A DNA stretch of 64,000 bases from Patescibacteria group bacterium (lineage in GTDB: Bacteria > Patescibacteriota > Patescibacteriia > SG8-24), in NCBI GenBank assembly GCA_041667185.1, contig JBAYFM010000008.1, positions 1,714-65,713 of the forward strand, given 5' to 3'. Positions within the stretch are counted from its first letter, which is position 1. Each line of letters begins with the position of its first letter. The translations under genes and the position numbers were made by a program. Under the pieces are notes generated by a model. That model saw nothing but the letters and a program-made list of their open reading frames with translations, did no database searches and had not been told where the DNA came from. Below are positions 8,856-18,861 of this stretch, in pieces.

Positions 8856-9236
8856 TTAATCGTTATCAGATCCGGCCGTCGAGCTGCTTTTGAAGCCGAA
8901 GATCCGGCAGAGTCCGGCCGCGCCGTAACTTCGCGCGATCTTCGGGCCGCATGTTCCGGAGATGAGCAGGCTGAGGAAATATTCGTCCTGATCGCGGAAG
9001 GCGGCGTCGAGCCGCTTCAGTTCGCCGCGGTTATAGACCACGCCCCAGATGCCGCTGAATTCGCCGGATTCGCAAAGTTCGAAGATGATGGCGTCGCCCG
9101 GAGCCCGGTTGACGCAGTCCGGACAGTAGATCTTGGTGACCGTGTCGCCTTTGAATTCCGAAGTGAAGACGAGTTCGCGTTGGCCGCAGAGGCAGCGCTC
9201 GGTGTGTTCCATAATCCTGGGGCTAAGGTTGGTCAT
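8856..9236 (-). CDS. Hypothetical protein with CxC and CxxC motifs
   Basis: ORF in operon context; CLCG and CPDC motifs; start uncertain. Confidence 0.55.
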   Translation of the reverse strand: MTNLSPRIMEHTERCLCGQRELVFTSEFKGDTVTKIYCPDCVNRAPGDAIIFELCESGEFSGIWGVVYNRGELKRLDAAFRDQDEYFLSLLISGTCGPKIARSYGAAGLCRIFGFKSSSTAGSDND

Positions 9237-9281
9237 TGTTCAGTGTCGACCGGCTTGTGTTGTTCTCGTGCTGGAGCGTGG

Positions 9282-10262
9282 TCACTTCCACAGATCGATA
9301 CTGATCCGTTTCAGTACGCCGGCCGAAGGATAATTGTTGATGATGCCGCGCTTGGCGCCCATCTGTTGGATGACGCTGGAAGCGTTCCAGATACCGACGG
9401 CCAGGCCGTAGCGCAGGTCGTCTTTTTTCATCAGTCCGGCGACGAAACCCGAACCGAAAGCATCGCCAGCTCCTGTGACATTGAGGTGTTTGACGTTCAT
9501 GGCCGCGACGTGCCAGCTGTCTTTGTGGTTAGCTACGTAAGCGCCATTCTTGCCATCGGTGATCATGAGCGCCTGGCGCGGTAGGCCGCGGAGCGCGTCC
9601 CGGAGCGCGGCGATATCGCGATCGCGTCGTCCGGTGAGCAGCATCGCCTCCTCGACGTTCAGGTTGAAAACGTCGGTTTTGCGGATGAGCGGGGTCAGCC
9701 GGTCGAGGCCGTGCCGGAGTTCTTTGGTGCCGGGATTCCAGGCGACCTTGATGCCGTTCTTTTTGGCGAAGTTCAGTGTTTTTTCCATGAGCGCCAATTT
9801 GCCGCCGAGGGAGGTTATATAGAACCATTTGGCGCCGATGTACTGCCAAGGGATGAGTTTGGCCGAGATCATTTCCGAAGCGCCGCGATAGACAAGTACG
9901 GTCCGTTCGCCGGTGCCGGTCAGAATGATCGCTGAAAAAGCCGTCTGGTCGTCGCGATCGGTCTGCATGAAGCCGGTCGAGATCCGTTCCGAACGGAGCG
10001 TCTCGAGCACCGCCCGGCCGCCATCATCGTTGCCGACGGAACTCACGATCGCGGTGCTGTAGCCGAGGCGGCTGAAGGTCGTGGCCGCGTTAGTCGCGCC
10101 GCCGCCGGTCTCGAGCACCAGGTTGTTGATCTCGATCTTGGCGCCGAGCGGAAAGCAGCCCTCCATGGTGTGGGTCGCGTCGTCGCTCTCGATGATCTCG
10201 AGGGCGGAGCTTCTGATGAAGACATCGCGAGTGGCAGAGCCGAAAGTGATGACATCGTACAT
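9282..10262 (-). CDS. PfkB/ribokinase-family carbohydrate kinase
   Basis: GGGATNAA, VGNDDGG, NVTGAGDAFGSG. Confidence 0.9.
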   Translation of the reverse strand: MYDVITFGSATRDVFIRSSALEIIESDDATHTMEGCFPLGAKIEINNLVLETGGGATNAATTFSRLGYSTAIVSSVGNDDGGRAVLETLRSERISTGFMQTDRDDQTAFSAIILTGTGERTVLVYRGASEMISAKLIPWQYIGAKWFYITSLGGKLALMEKTLNFAKKNGIKVAWNPGTKELRHGLDRLTPLIRKTDVFNLNVEEAMLLTGRRDRDIAALRDALRGLPRQALMITDGKNGAYVANHKDSWHVAAMNVKHLNVTGAGDAFGSGFVAGLMKKDDLRYGLAVGIWNASSVIQQMGAKRGIINNYPSAGVLKRISIDLWK

Positions 10263-10267
10263 ATGGT

Positions 10268-10338
10268 TGGAGTGGGGGAGTTGGGGAGTGGGGGAGTTGG
10301 GGAGACCGACTCTCCCGCACTTCTCCACTTCCGCACTC
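10268..10338. repeat. Octamer-based (GGAGNNNN) imperfect inverted repeat
   Basis: ggagtgggggagttggggagtggg... followed by ctctcccgcacttctccacttccgcactc. Confidence 0.7.
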
Positions 10339-11289
10339 TCATTTTTTCATCTTGCCAGCCCGGCCTTGGGAGCCGAACAGTTCCATTTTATGGCGCGCGA
10401 CTTCTTTCATCAGTTTTTTCGACGGCGCCAGGAGCGCGCGCGGGTCGATGGTCTTGTGGTTCAGCAGAACAGCCTCGCGCAGACCGGCGGTGAAAGCGAT
10501 GCGCAGGTCGGAATCGATGTTGATCTTCCTGATGCCGTTCGCTACCGCCCGGCTGATCTCGGAGTCCGGGATGCCGACAGCTCCGTCAAGCCGGTCGCAA
10601 TCTCCGAGTTCCGCGCAATGTTCTTTGGTCTTGGCGACCAGTTCCGGCGAGACGCCCGAGGCGCCGTGCAGGACGAGCGGAATTTTGACCAGTGCGTCGA
10701 TCTTTTTCAGCCGTTCGATGTCGAGTTCGGGCGCGATCTTGGATTTGAAAGCGCCGTGGGCCGTGCCGATGGAGATGGCCAGCGAATCACAGCCGGTCGC
10801 TCGGGCGAAGTCCGCGGCCTGTTGCGGGTCGGTGAAAAAAGCCTGTTTTTCCTCGACGCTGACCAGGTCTTCCACGCCTTTAATGGCGCCGATCTCCGCC
10901 TCGACCGAAACTTTTTTCTTTTTCGCCCAGGCGACGACCTGTTTCGTCTTGGCGACGTTCTCTTTATACGGCAGCAGCGAGCCATCGAACATCACGGAGG
11001 TATAACCGGCGGCGATCGCTTTTTTGATGAGCTTCAGGTCCTTGCCGTGGTCGAGGTGAATGGCGACCGGAACCGGCGTGGCGGCGGCGACCCGCATCAG
11101 AGCCAGAAGATAATCCAGGCCGGCGTATTCGATCGCGCCCTCGCTCGTCTGGATGATGACCGGAGATTTTTCCTCGACAGCCGCTTCGATGACCGCCTGC
11201 AGGATCTCCAGATTGTTGACGTTGAAAGCGCCGACGGCGTAGCAACCTTTATCGGCGGCGACCAGGATCTTTTTCGCGCTGCAGAGCAT
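10339..11289 (-). CDS. fba: Class II fructose-1,6-bisphosphate aldolase
   Basis: GAFNVNN, HLDHG, SVMFDGS, VEAEIG, IGTAHG, LVLHGASG, KINIDSD. Confidence 0.93.
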   Translation of the reverse strand: MLCSAKKILVAADKGCYAVGAFNVNNLEILQAVIEAAVEEKSPVIIQTSEGAIEYAGLDYLLALMRVAAATPVPVAIHLDHGKDLKLIKKAIAAGYTSVMFDGSLLPYKENVAKTKQVVAWAKKKKVSVEAEIGAIKGVEDLVSVEEKQAFFTDPQQAADFARATGCDSLAISIGTAHGAFKSKIAPELDIERLKKIDALVKIPLVLHGASGVSPELVAKTKEHCAELGDCDRLDGAVGIPDSEISRAVANGIRKINIDSDLRIAFTAGLREAVLLNHKTIDPRALLAPSKKLMKEVARHKMELFGSQGRAGKMKK

Positions 11290-11292
11290 AGG

Positions 11293-12252
11293 TCACTTTC
11301 TCTTGAGGGCTTTTAAGACGGCTTTTTTGATGCCCGCGGCATCGAGTCCGAATTTGGACCAGAGTTCTTGACCCGATCCGGATTCGCCGTAGCGGTCCTG
11401 TACGCCGACGAATTCGATCGGCGTCGGGAGTTCGCGTGCCAGGGTTTCGGCGACGGCCGAGCCCAGGCCGCCGATGATCTGGTGATCCTCGACCGTGACG
11501 ACGGCGCCGCATTTGGCGGCCGCGGCCACGACGGCTTTTTCGTCGAGCGGTTTGATGGTGTGGCTGTTCAGGACCAGGCAGCCGATGCCTTTTCGGGCGA
11601 GCGCGTCAGCCGCTTCGAGGGCGGCGGCGACCTGCGGGCCGCAGGCGATGATGGCACAGTCGCGGCCGTCGCGGAGCTGCCGGGCTTGGCCGATCCGGAA
11701 TTTCGAAGCCGCGGACGTGAAGACCGGCGATTTTTCCCGGCTGAGCCGGAGGTAGACCGGTCCGACATGTGTGGCCGCCGCGAGCGTCGCTTGCCGGGCT
11801 TCAACGGCGTCGGCGGGGACGATGACGGTCATGTTGGCGAGTACGCGCATCGTGGCGATGTCTTCGAGAGACTGGTGCGTGGCGCCGTCCGGTCCGGTCG
11901 CGAGCCCGGCGTGCGAGCCGACGATCTTCACGTTGGCGTTGTTGATGCAGATGTTGGTGCGGATCTGTTCCCAGGCGCGGCCGGGGGAGAAGGCGGCGTA
12001 GGCGGCGACGAACGGGATTTTGCCGCCGAGCGCCAAGCCGGCTCCGAGCGCGGCGAGCAGTTGTTCGTGGACGCCGAGCTGGACGAAACGCTCGGGGAAT
12101 TCTTTCTTGAAAGCCGCCATGCGCACCGAATCAGTGACGTCGGCGCAGAGGCCTATGATCTTCCGATCCTGGCGCGCGGCCAGAACCAGACCTTCGCCGA
12201 ATCCGTCGCGCGTGGCTTTCAGGACTTGTTCTTTTTTGGCTTGGGGTCTCAC
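11293..12252 (-). CDS. Transketolase C-terminal subunit
   Basis: GPDGATHQS, GPVYLRLSR, VEDHQIIGGLG. Confidence 0.92.
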   Translation of the reverse strand: MRPQAKKEQVLKATRDGFGEGLVLAARQDRKIIGLCADVTDSVRMAAFKKEFPERFVQLGVHEQLLAALGAGLALGGKIPFVAAYAAFSPGRAWEQIRTNICINNANVKIVGSHAGLATGPDGATHQSLEDIATMRVLANMTVIVPADAVEARQATLAAATHVGPVYLRLSREKSPVFTSAASKFRIGQARQLRDGRDCAIIACGPQVAAALEAADALARKGIGCLVLNSHTIKPLDEKAVVAAAAKCGAVVTVEDHQIIGGLGSAVAETLARELPTPIEFVGVQDRYGESGSGQELWSKFGLDAAGIKKAVLKALKRK

Positions 12253-12270
12253 AAAATGACCGGGTCAGCG

Positions 12271-13152
12271 TTAAATGAGGTCGGAACCAGGCTTGGGTTT
12301 GGCCTGGTAAGGCTTGGCGGCGTCTTTTCGGAGTTCCGCGAGCGCCTGGTCAGCCTGCTCGCACGTCGGCGTTTCGCCATGCCAGTGGAAATCATCCTCC
12401 ATGAAACTGACGCCCTTGCCGAGAGTCGTTCGGGCGATGATCGCCGTCGGACGCTGGCGCGAAGTTTTCGCTGTTTCCAGCGCTTGGATGATCGAAGGCA
12501 GATCATGTCCGTCAACGTCGATCACGTTCCAATTGAAAGCGAGGTATTTCTCACGGAGCGGTTCGAGGCGCATGATCGTTTCAGTTTCGCCATCAAGTTG
12601 GATGCGGTTGCGGTCGACCACGCAGATCAGGTTATTCAGATTGTTGGCGCCGGCGAAAAGCACGGCTTCCCAGTGCAGGCCGGCGTCGTGTTCGCCATCC
12701 GAGGTTAGGCACCAAGTCGTCCAGGTTTTGCGGTCCATTTTGGCAGCCAGCGCCAGGCCGGCGGCTTGCGCCAGGCCGGCTCCGAGAGGACCGGAGGTGC
12801 TTTCGAGCCCTGGCAAGCGTTCGCGTTCCGGATGCCCCTGCAGCCGCGAACCCAGGCGCCGCAGGGTCAGGAGCTCGCGTTCGGGAAAATAACCGGCCAG
12901 CGCCATGGCCGCGTAGCGCGCCGGGCAGATGTGGCCGTTCGAAAGTATCAGGCGGTCGCGGTCCGGCCAGTCCGGTTTTTTCGGATCGTGTTTCAGGATG
13001 TGAAAATACAGGGCCGCGAAAATATCGGCCATGCCCAGGGATCCGCCGGGGTGGCCAGAGCCAGCCTCAGCCAGCATAGAGATCACCAACTGGCGGATGC
13101 GGCTGGCTTTTTGGCTTAATTCGACGATTTTTTTTTGGTTGGGAGAAGCCAT
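12271..13152 (-). CDS. Transketolase N-terminal subunit
   Basis: SGHPGGSL, RDRLILSNGH, LQGHP, SDGE TPP motif, GKGVSFME. Confidence 0.93.
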   Translation of the reverse strand: MASPNQKKIVELSQKASRIRQLVISMLAEAGSGHPGGSLGMADIFAALYFHILKHDPKKPDWPDRDRLILSNGHICPARYAAMALAGYFPERELLTLRRLGSRLQGHPERERLPGLESTSGPLGAGLAQAAGLALAAKMDRKTWTTWCLTSDGEHDAGLHWEAVLFAGANNLNNLICVVDRNRIQLDGETETIMRLEPLREKYLAFNWNVIDVDGHDLPSIIQALETAKTSRQRPTAIIARTTLGKGVSFMEDDFHWHGETPTCEQADQALAELRKDAAKPYQAKPKPGSDLI

Positions 13153-13258
13153 AACGGCCTTAATGCCGCTTAAATTATATCATTTTTCAGCGTTGCGGTA
13201 TAGCCGCCGCGCGGGTACAAAAAATCCCGCCGAGGCGGGCGTCGCGATATTTTCCGGA

Positions 13259-13471
13259 TCAGTCGAACTTTTTCTTATGGATATGTTTGGCGAGTTCGGC
13301 CCGCAGGAGTTCGGCCTGCTTCTCGTCTTCGCCGAGGATCTTTTCGAACAAGGCGATGCAATCCGGACAGTCCATCTCTTTGGCGTCCGCGCAGTAATGT
13401 TTTTCGATGCGCCAAGTGTCGTCGAGTTTCTGCAGCAGCATCTTCACCAGGTTGTAGTTGGCGTTTTTCAT
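13259..13471 (-). CDS. Small helical (ferritin-like) hypothetical protein
   Basis: 70 aa, overlaps the rpe stop; helical with CxxC. Confidence 0.6.
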   Translation of the reverse strand: MKNANYNLVKMLLQKLDDTWRIEKHYCADAKEMDCPDCIALFEKILGEDEKQAELLRAELAKHIHKKKFD

Positions 13472-14118
13472 AGCTTTTGATTTTCCTGGACGATCCGTTT
13501 CAGTTCGGCGAGAGCGGCCGCGGGATCCGGGCTGTTGGTGAGCGCATTGGCCGCGACCAGGCAGTCGGCTCCGGCTCGGATGAGTTTGGGGGCTGTTTCG
13601 AGATTGACGCCGCCGTCAATGGAAATATTCAGGGCCGGACGGATGACTTTCAGAGCTTCGATCTTGTCGAGCGTGATCGGCAACATGGTTTGGCCGCTGG
13701 CTCCGGGGTTTACGCCCATGATCAGGACGTTCTTGATCTTGTCGAGCATCGGCGTGATCCGCGAGAGCGGCGTGTCGGGGTTGATGGCGATGCCGACCTT
13801 GCCGGATTCCTTGTCAGCTGAGCGCAGGATCAGCTCCTCGCGTTCGGTCGCTTCGATATGGAAAAAGACCCGCGCGGCGCCGGCTGCGAGCCAGACAATG
13901 GCCATGTGTTCCGGGTTGTCGACCATGAGGTGTGCTTCGAACGGGATTCCTTTGAGCAATCCAGGGATCTTTTCCGGGTCGGCCCAGGTGGTGTTCGGCA
14001 CGAAGCGGCCGTCCATGACGTCGATTTGGACCATGACTCCGAGCGGGCGGATCTTTTCGATCTTGGCGATGAATTCTTCCTCGGTCCGGGCGAGGATGGC
14101 GGGAATCACTTGCGGCAT
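13468..14118 (-). CDS. rpe: Ribulose-phosphate 3-epimerase
   Basis: IDVMDGRFVPN, AHLMV, MGVNPG, IDGGVN. Confidence 0.92.
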   Translation of the reverse strand: MPQVIPAILARTEEEFIAKIEKIRPLGVMVQIDVMDGRFVPNTTWADPEKIPGLLKGIPFEAHLMVDNPEHMAIVWLAAGAARVFFHIEATEREELILRSADKESGKVGIAINPDTPLSRITPMLDKIKNVLIMGVNPGASGQTMLPITLDKIEALKVIRPALNISIDGGVNLETAPKLIRAGADCLVAANALTNSPDPAAALAELKRIVQENQKL

Positions 14119-14594
14119 AAGCAACGGCCGCGTTGTTCGTAGTCGTGGATCTGTTTCAGACGCCGGCGATGGCGCGCGGAATCGGAGAAAGACGTCGCCA
14201 GCCAGAGTCTGATCAGGCGCAGCGCTGTCGAGACGCGACCGCTCGGCGTGCGGGCGCCGAGGCACATCACGTTGGCGTCGTTGTGTTCGCGGGAGAATTT
14301 GGCCGAGTAGGCGTCATAGACCAGGGCGCCGCGGATGCCGGCCACCTTGCTCGCGGCCAGGCATTCGCCGATGCCGCTGCCGCCGAAGAAGATGCCGACG
14401 CTCTTGCCGCGGGACTTCGCCACGGCTTCGGCCGCTGGGATGATGAAGTCGGGATAATCGCTCGGTTCAGCGGAAAAAGCGCCTAAGTCGCGCACTTCGT
14501 GGCCCTGGCCGCGCAAAAAAACCACGACCGCTTCCTTGAGCTTGAAGCCGGCATGATCGCTGGCGAGATAGATCGTTCGTTTTTTGGCGGCCAT
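14106..14594 (-). CDS. rpiB: Ribose-5-phosphate isomerase B
   Basis: SDHAG, DYPD, GGSGIG, REHNDANV, RHRRR. Confidence 0.92.
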   Translation of the reverse strand: MAAKKRTIYLASDHAGFKLKEAVVVFLRGQGHEVRDLGAFSAEPSDYPDFIIPAAEAVAKSRGKSVGIFFGGSGIGECLAASKVAGIRGALVYDAYSAKFSREHNDANVMCLGARTPSGRVSTALRLIRLWLATSFSDSARHRRRLKQIHDYEQRGRCLCRK

Positions 14595-14737
14595 GTCGAT
14601 GAGTCTTTAGCTGCTTCTATATTATAATTCTATCATAATCAGCCCGGGCGCGTCATTAAGCCGGTCTGACGGTAAAATTAGGCGCGCCCCGTCCGATGGT
14701 TTACTTTTATCCGATATCTGCTTATAATTGGCTTCAT

Positions 14738-17700
14738 ATGGCGAAATTTCATCTACCATCGATCGAAGAGGAGCAACTGAAAAAATGGGACGAAAAAGAC
14801 GTTTTCCGCCAGGTCCTGAACAAGCCGGACCAGGGAAAGTCGTTCGTTTTTTTCGAGGGGCCGCCAACGGCCAACGGCAAGCCGGGCATTCATCATGTGC
14901 TCGCGCGGTCGTTCAAGGACGTCATCCTGCGTTTCCGCACCATGCAGGGACACAAGATCGACCGCAAGGCCGGCTGGGACACGCATGGCCTGCCGGTCGA
15001 ACTCGAGGTCGAGAAACAGCTCGGATTCACGCAGAAGAAACAGATCGAGGAGTTCGGCATCGCCAACTTCAACGCCAAGTGCAAGGAGTCGGTCTGGAAG
15101 TATCTCGACATCTGGCAGCAGATGACGAAGCGCATCGCGTTCTGGGTCGATCTCGAACATCCCTACATCACTTACACCAACGATTACATCGAGTCGCTCT
15201 GGTCGATCATCAAGGAGATCGATCGCAAGGGTTTGTTGTACCAAGGTTATCGCGTGACGCCGCACTGCCCGCGCTGCGTGACTTCGCTGTCATCGCACGA
15301 GTTGGCGCAGGGCTACAAGGATGTCGACGATCAGTCGGTCTACGTGAAGTTTCCGATCGATGCTGCGGCCAAGCGCTACTTCCTCGTCTGGACCACGACG
15401 CCGTGGACGCTGCCGGGCAATGACGCTCTCGCTGTCGGCGCGGCCGTGACCTATGCCGAGGTGAAGATGAAAGCGACGGGCGAGACCTATATTTTGGCTA
15501 AAGACAGGCTTGTCAGTCTCGACGGCGAGTACGATATCTTGTCGGAAAAGACCGGGGAGCAGCTGGTCGGCATCGCGTACCAGCCGCTTTATGACACCGC
15601 CAAGGCGTTCACCGCGGCCGCTGAATCTTCACGTCTCGCGAACGCCTACAAAGTTTATGCGGCTGGTTTCGTTTCGACGACCGACGGCACCGGCATCGTC
15701 CACATCGCGCCGGCGTTCGGCGAGGATGACGCGCGTCTGGGCGAAGCGGCCAAGCTGCCGACTCTGCTCACGGTCGATTCGACCGGCATGATGCTGGCCG
15801 AGGCTCCGGGCAAAGGCAGGTTCATCAAGAAGGCCGACGAGGACGTCAAAGCTGATCTCACCGCGCGCGGCCTGCTTTACAAATCCGAGACCTATCGCCA
15901 CGCCTACCCGTTCTGCTGGCGCTGCGGCACGCCGCTCCTGTATTACGCCAAGAATTCCTGGTACATCCGGATGTCCGAGTTGCGCGAGAAACTGCAACAG
16001 CACAACCAGGCGATCAACTGGGTCCCGGATCACATCCGCGACGGCCGTTTCGGCGAGTGGCTGCGCGAGGTCAAGGATTGGGCGCTGTCCCGTGAGCGTT
16101 ATTGGGGGACGCCGCTGCCGATCTGGCGCTGCGAGTCGTGTCAGGAACGCCTGACCATCGGCGGCATGGAAGAGATGAAGAAGCTCGCGCGTCCGGGCAA
16201 TACTTATTATCTGCAGCGCCACGGCGAGGCCGAGAATAACGTTGCGAACGTGGTGAGCTCGTATCCGGAGCTTAAAGAATGGCATCTGACGGCTCAGGGA
16301 CGCGAACAGGTCCAGGTTGCCGCCAAGGAATTGAAGCAGCATGGCATCGATCTGATTTTCGCCTCCGACCTGCTGCGCACCAAAGAGACCGCCGAGATCA
16401 TCGCCGCGGAGCTTGGCTTGCCGGTCGTTTATGATCCGCGCCTGCGCGAGCTTGGCGTCGGCGAGGCCAACGGCAAAACCATCGCGGAATTCCACGCGCA
16501 ATTCGCGAGCAAACTGGAACGTTTCGACAAGCCGGCCGTCGGCGGCGAGAATCTGCGCGACTGCCGCCGTCGCTTGGTCGCGTTCGTCAAAGAACTGGAA
16601 GCGAAATATTCCGGCCAGCGAATCCTGATCGTGAGCCACGGCGATCCGATCTGGATGCTGGATTCCGGATTCGGCGGCGCGAGCGACGAAGAGACATTGA
16701 CGTGGCGGTATAACGCCGTCGGCGCGTTCAGCGAGTTCCGGCCGGATGGCCTGCCGCGCGACGATCAGGGCCGCATCGATCTGCACCGCCCCTATGTCGA
16801 TGAGGCGGCGCTCGCGTGTCCCAAATGTTCTGGCGCCATGAAACGGTCGACCGAGGTTCTCGATTGCTGGTTCGACTCGGGCGCCATGCCGTTCGCGCAA
16901 TGGCACTACCCCTTCGAGAACGCCGAACGCATCGACCAGGGCCGGAATTTCCCAGCCGACTACATCTCCGAAGCCATCGATCAGACCCGCGGCTGGTTCT
17001 ACACCCTCCTCGCGGTCTCGACCCTGCTCGACAAGCCGACGCCGCCCTACAAGAACGTCATCTGCCTCGGCCACGTGCTCGATGCCAAAGGCCAGAAGAT
17101 GTCCAAGTCCAAGGGCAATGTCGTCGATCCCTGGCTGATGATCTCCAAGTACGGCGCCGACGCCATCCGTTATCATTTCTTCACCGTGAACCAGCCGGGC
17201 GAACCGAAATGTTTCGACGAGAAGTCGCTCGACGAGGTGACGAAGAAAGTTTTCCTGATCCTCTGGAACGTCCTGACTTTCTGGCAGATGTATGCCGGGG
17301 AGAAAGCGCGTGCGACCGACGCATCGCCGGCTTCGCAGAACGAACTCGACCGCTGGATCCTGGCGGAACTGGCCGAACTCGGCTCGCAGCTCACCGGACG
17401 ACTGGAGAGTTACCAGGTCGTCGACGCCTGCCGCAGCCTGGGCGACTTCATCAACAGCCTGTCCACCTGGTACCTGCGCCGCAGCCGCGACCGTTTCAAG
17501 GGCGAGCCGACGGAGCGCCAGGCAGCCGTAGAAACGCTGGGTTACGTGCTTTTGACGCTGTCTCGGCTCATGGCGCCGTTCACGCCGTTCTTGGCCGAGG
17601 CACTGTACGCCGAGGTTGGCGGGCCGCTGGCTTCGGTCCACTTGGACGCGTGGCCGACGCTGAAGTCGCTTGAAGACGCGACCTTGCGCACCAAGATGGA

Positions 17701-18187
17701 GTTCGTGCGCCAGGCCGCTTCGCTCGGACTCGAGAAGCGCGCTGTCGCCGGCATTCCGGTGCGCCAGGCACTCGCCAAAGCGACGGTCCGTTCGGTCCAG
17801 GTTTTCGACCAGTGGATGAAAGAGATCGTGGCCGTGGAACTCAACGTCGAAGCGGTCGAGTCCGAGGTGATCAAGGAGGCGAAAGATGCCGCGGTCGAAC
17901 TCGACACCAACATCACGCCGGAACTCCGCCGCAAAGGCGCGGTCCGCGAACTCGTCCGCAACATCAACGACCTGCGCAAGACCGCTGGACTCACGGTGCA
18001 TGATCGCATCGTCTTGAATTGGAATGCCACCGGCGAATTCTGGCCGCAGGTCTTTGCCGAACATCGCGAGAGCTTGCTCAAAGACGTGCTGGCCGCGGAT
18101 ATCGCGGTCGGTTCCTCTGGCGAACTCGGCAACCGCGAGCTCGAGGTCGCCGGCGAGAAGGTCTGGCTCGGCATCAATAAAGTCTGA
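14738..18187 (+). CDS. ileS: Isoleucine--tRNA ligase (type 2) with inserted histidine-phosphatase domain
   Basis: EGPPTANGKPGIHH, GWDTHGLPVE, WTTTPWTLP, SRERYWGTP, DQTRGWFY, KMSKS; RHG...SHG insert at ~16195-16740. Confidence 0.95.
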   Translation: MAKFHLPSIEEEQLKKWDEKDVFRQVLNKPDQGKSFVFFEGPPTANGKPGIHHVLARSFKDVILRFRTMQGHKIDRKAGWDTHGLPVELEVEKQLGFTQKKQIEEFGIANFNAKCKESVWKYLDIWQQMTKRIAFWVDLEHPYITYTNDYIESLWSIIKEIDRKGLLYQGYRVTPHCPRCVTSLSSHELAQGYKDVDDQSVYVKFPIDAAAKRYFLVWTTTPWTLPGNDALAVGAAVTYAEVKMKATGETYILAKDRLVSLDGEYDILSEKTGEQLVGIAYQPLYDTAKAFTAAAESSRLANAYKVYAAGFVSTTDGTGIVHIAPAFGEDDARLGEAAKLPTLLTVDSTGMMLAEAPGKGRFIKKADEDVKADLTARGLLYKSETYRHAYPFCWRCGTPLLYYAKNSWYIRMSELREKLQQHNQAINWVPDHIRDGRFGEWLREVKDWALSRERYWGTPLPIWRCESCQERLTIGGMEEMKKLARPGNTYYLQRHGEAENNVANVVSSYPELKEWHLTAQGREQVQVAAKELKQHGIDLIFASDLLRTKETAEIIAAELGLPVVYDPRLRELGVGEANGKTIAEFHAQFASKLERFDKPAVGGENLRDCRRRLVAFVKELEAKYSGQRILIVSHGDPIWMLDSGFGGASDEETLTWRYNAVGAFSEFRPDGLPRDDQGRIDLHRPYVDEAALACPKCSGAMKRSTEVLDCWFDSGAMPFAQWHYPFENAERIDQGRNFPADYISEAIDQTRGWFYTLLAVSTLLDKPTPPYKNVICLGHVLDAKGQKMSKSKGNVVDPWLMISKYGADAIRYHFFTVNQPGEPKCFDEKSLDEVTKKVFLILWNVLTFWQMYAGEKARATDASPASQNELDRWILAELAELGSQLTGRLESYQVVDACRSLGDFINSLSTWYLRRSRDRFKGEPTERQAAVETLGYVLLTLSRLMAPFTPFLAEALYAEVGGPLASVHLDAWPTLKSLEDATLRTKMEFVRQAASLGLEKRAVAGIPVRQALAKATVRSVQVFDQWMKEIVAVELNVEAVESEVIKEAKDAAVELDTNITPELRRKGAVRELVRNINDLRKTAGLTVHDRIVLNWNATGEFWPQVFAEHRESLLKDVLAADIAVGSSGELGNRELEVAGEKVWLGINKV

Positions 18188-18197
18188 TAGGCTGAAG

Positions 18198-18298
18198 GAG
18201 TAGCGGAGTCAGGGAGAGACGGAGTCATGGAAGAACATCGATTCTCCCGCACTCTCACAAACTCCCTGACTCCGTCTCTCCCCAACTCCCATACTTCC
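18198..18298. repeat. Octamer-based inverted repeat (GGAGAGACGGAGTCA / TGACTCCGTCTCTCC)
   Basis: Purine-rich arm followed by a complementary pyrimidine-rich arm, between ileS and ruvA. Confidence 0.8.
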
Positions 18299-18300
18299 GT

Positions 18301-18858
18301 ATGCTCATCACCATCACCGGCAAGATCACTCATAAGGGCGGCGATTTCGTCGTGGTCGAGGCTGGCGGTTTGGGTTATCAGGTCTATCTGGCCGCCGCCG
18401 CTTTGGAGAAAGCTAAAGTCGGAGCGAAAGCGGATTACTGGACGTACGAACATCTCCGCGAGGATGCCCACGACCTTTATGGTTTTCAGGATCGGCAGGA
18501 GTTGGCCATGTTCCATAAATTAGTCGCCGTTTCCGGCGTCGGTCCGAGAATGGCTTTGAATATCCTGGCGCTCGGCGCGATCACGGAAATCGAGCGGCTG
18601 ATCGAACGCGGCGACATCGACATGTTGTCGCGCGTGCCGCGCGTCGGCCGCAAGACCGCGCAGAAGATCGTGCTGGAACTCAAGGGCAAGCTCGTGGAAG
18701 CCGGCCGCGGCGACGTGGAAGACGAGGTGTTGACAGCGCTCGTGAATCTCGGTTATAGCCGGGAGCAAGCTCGCGAAGCGGTCAATCGCGTGTCCGCCGA
18801 TGAAGCGACGGTCGAGGGGCGGCTGCGCGCGGCGCTCCGCGGACTCGGCAAGAAGTGA
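18301..18858 (+). CDS. ruvA: Holliday junction branch migration protein RuvA
   Basis: GLGYQV, REDAHDLYGF, VSGVGPR, VGRKTAQKIVLELKGK, ALVNLGY. Confidence 0.95.
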   Translation: MLITITGKITHKGGDFVVVEAGGLGYQVYLAAAALEKAKVGAKADYWTYEHLREDAHDLYGFQDRQELAMFHKLVAVSGVGPRMALNILALGAITEIERLIERGDIDMLSRVPRVGRKTAQKIVLELKGKLVEAGRGDVEDEVLTALVNLGYSREQAREAVNRVSADEATVEGRLRAALRGLGKK

Positions 18859-18861
18859 GCG

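Noticed and set aside
15629-18064. Long antisense ORFs (also 50416..53163, 27569..29293, 30430..32079, 39421..41079)
   Set aside because: Shadow ORFs opposite better-supported genes, expected from GC-rich codon usage; no recognisable motifs.
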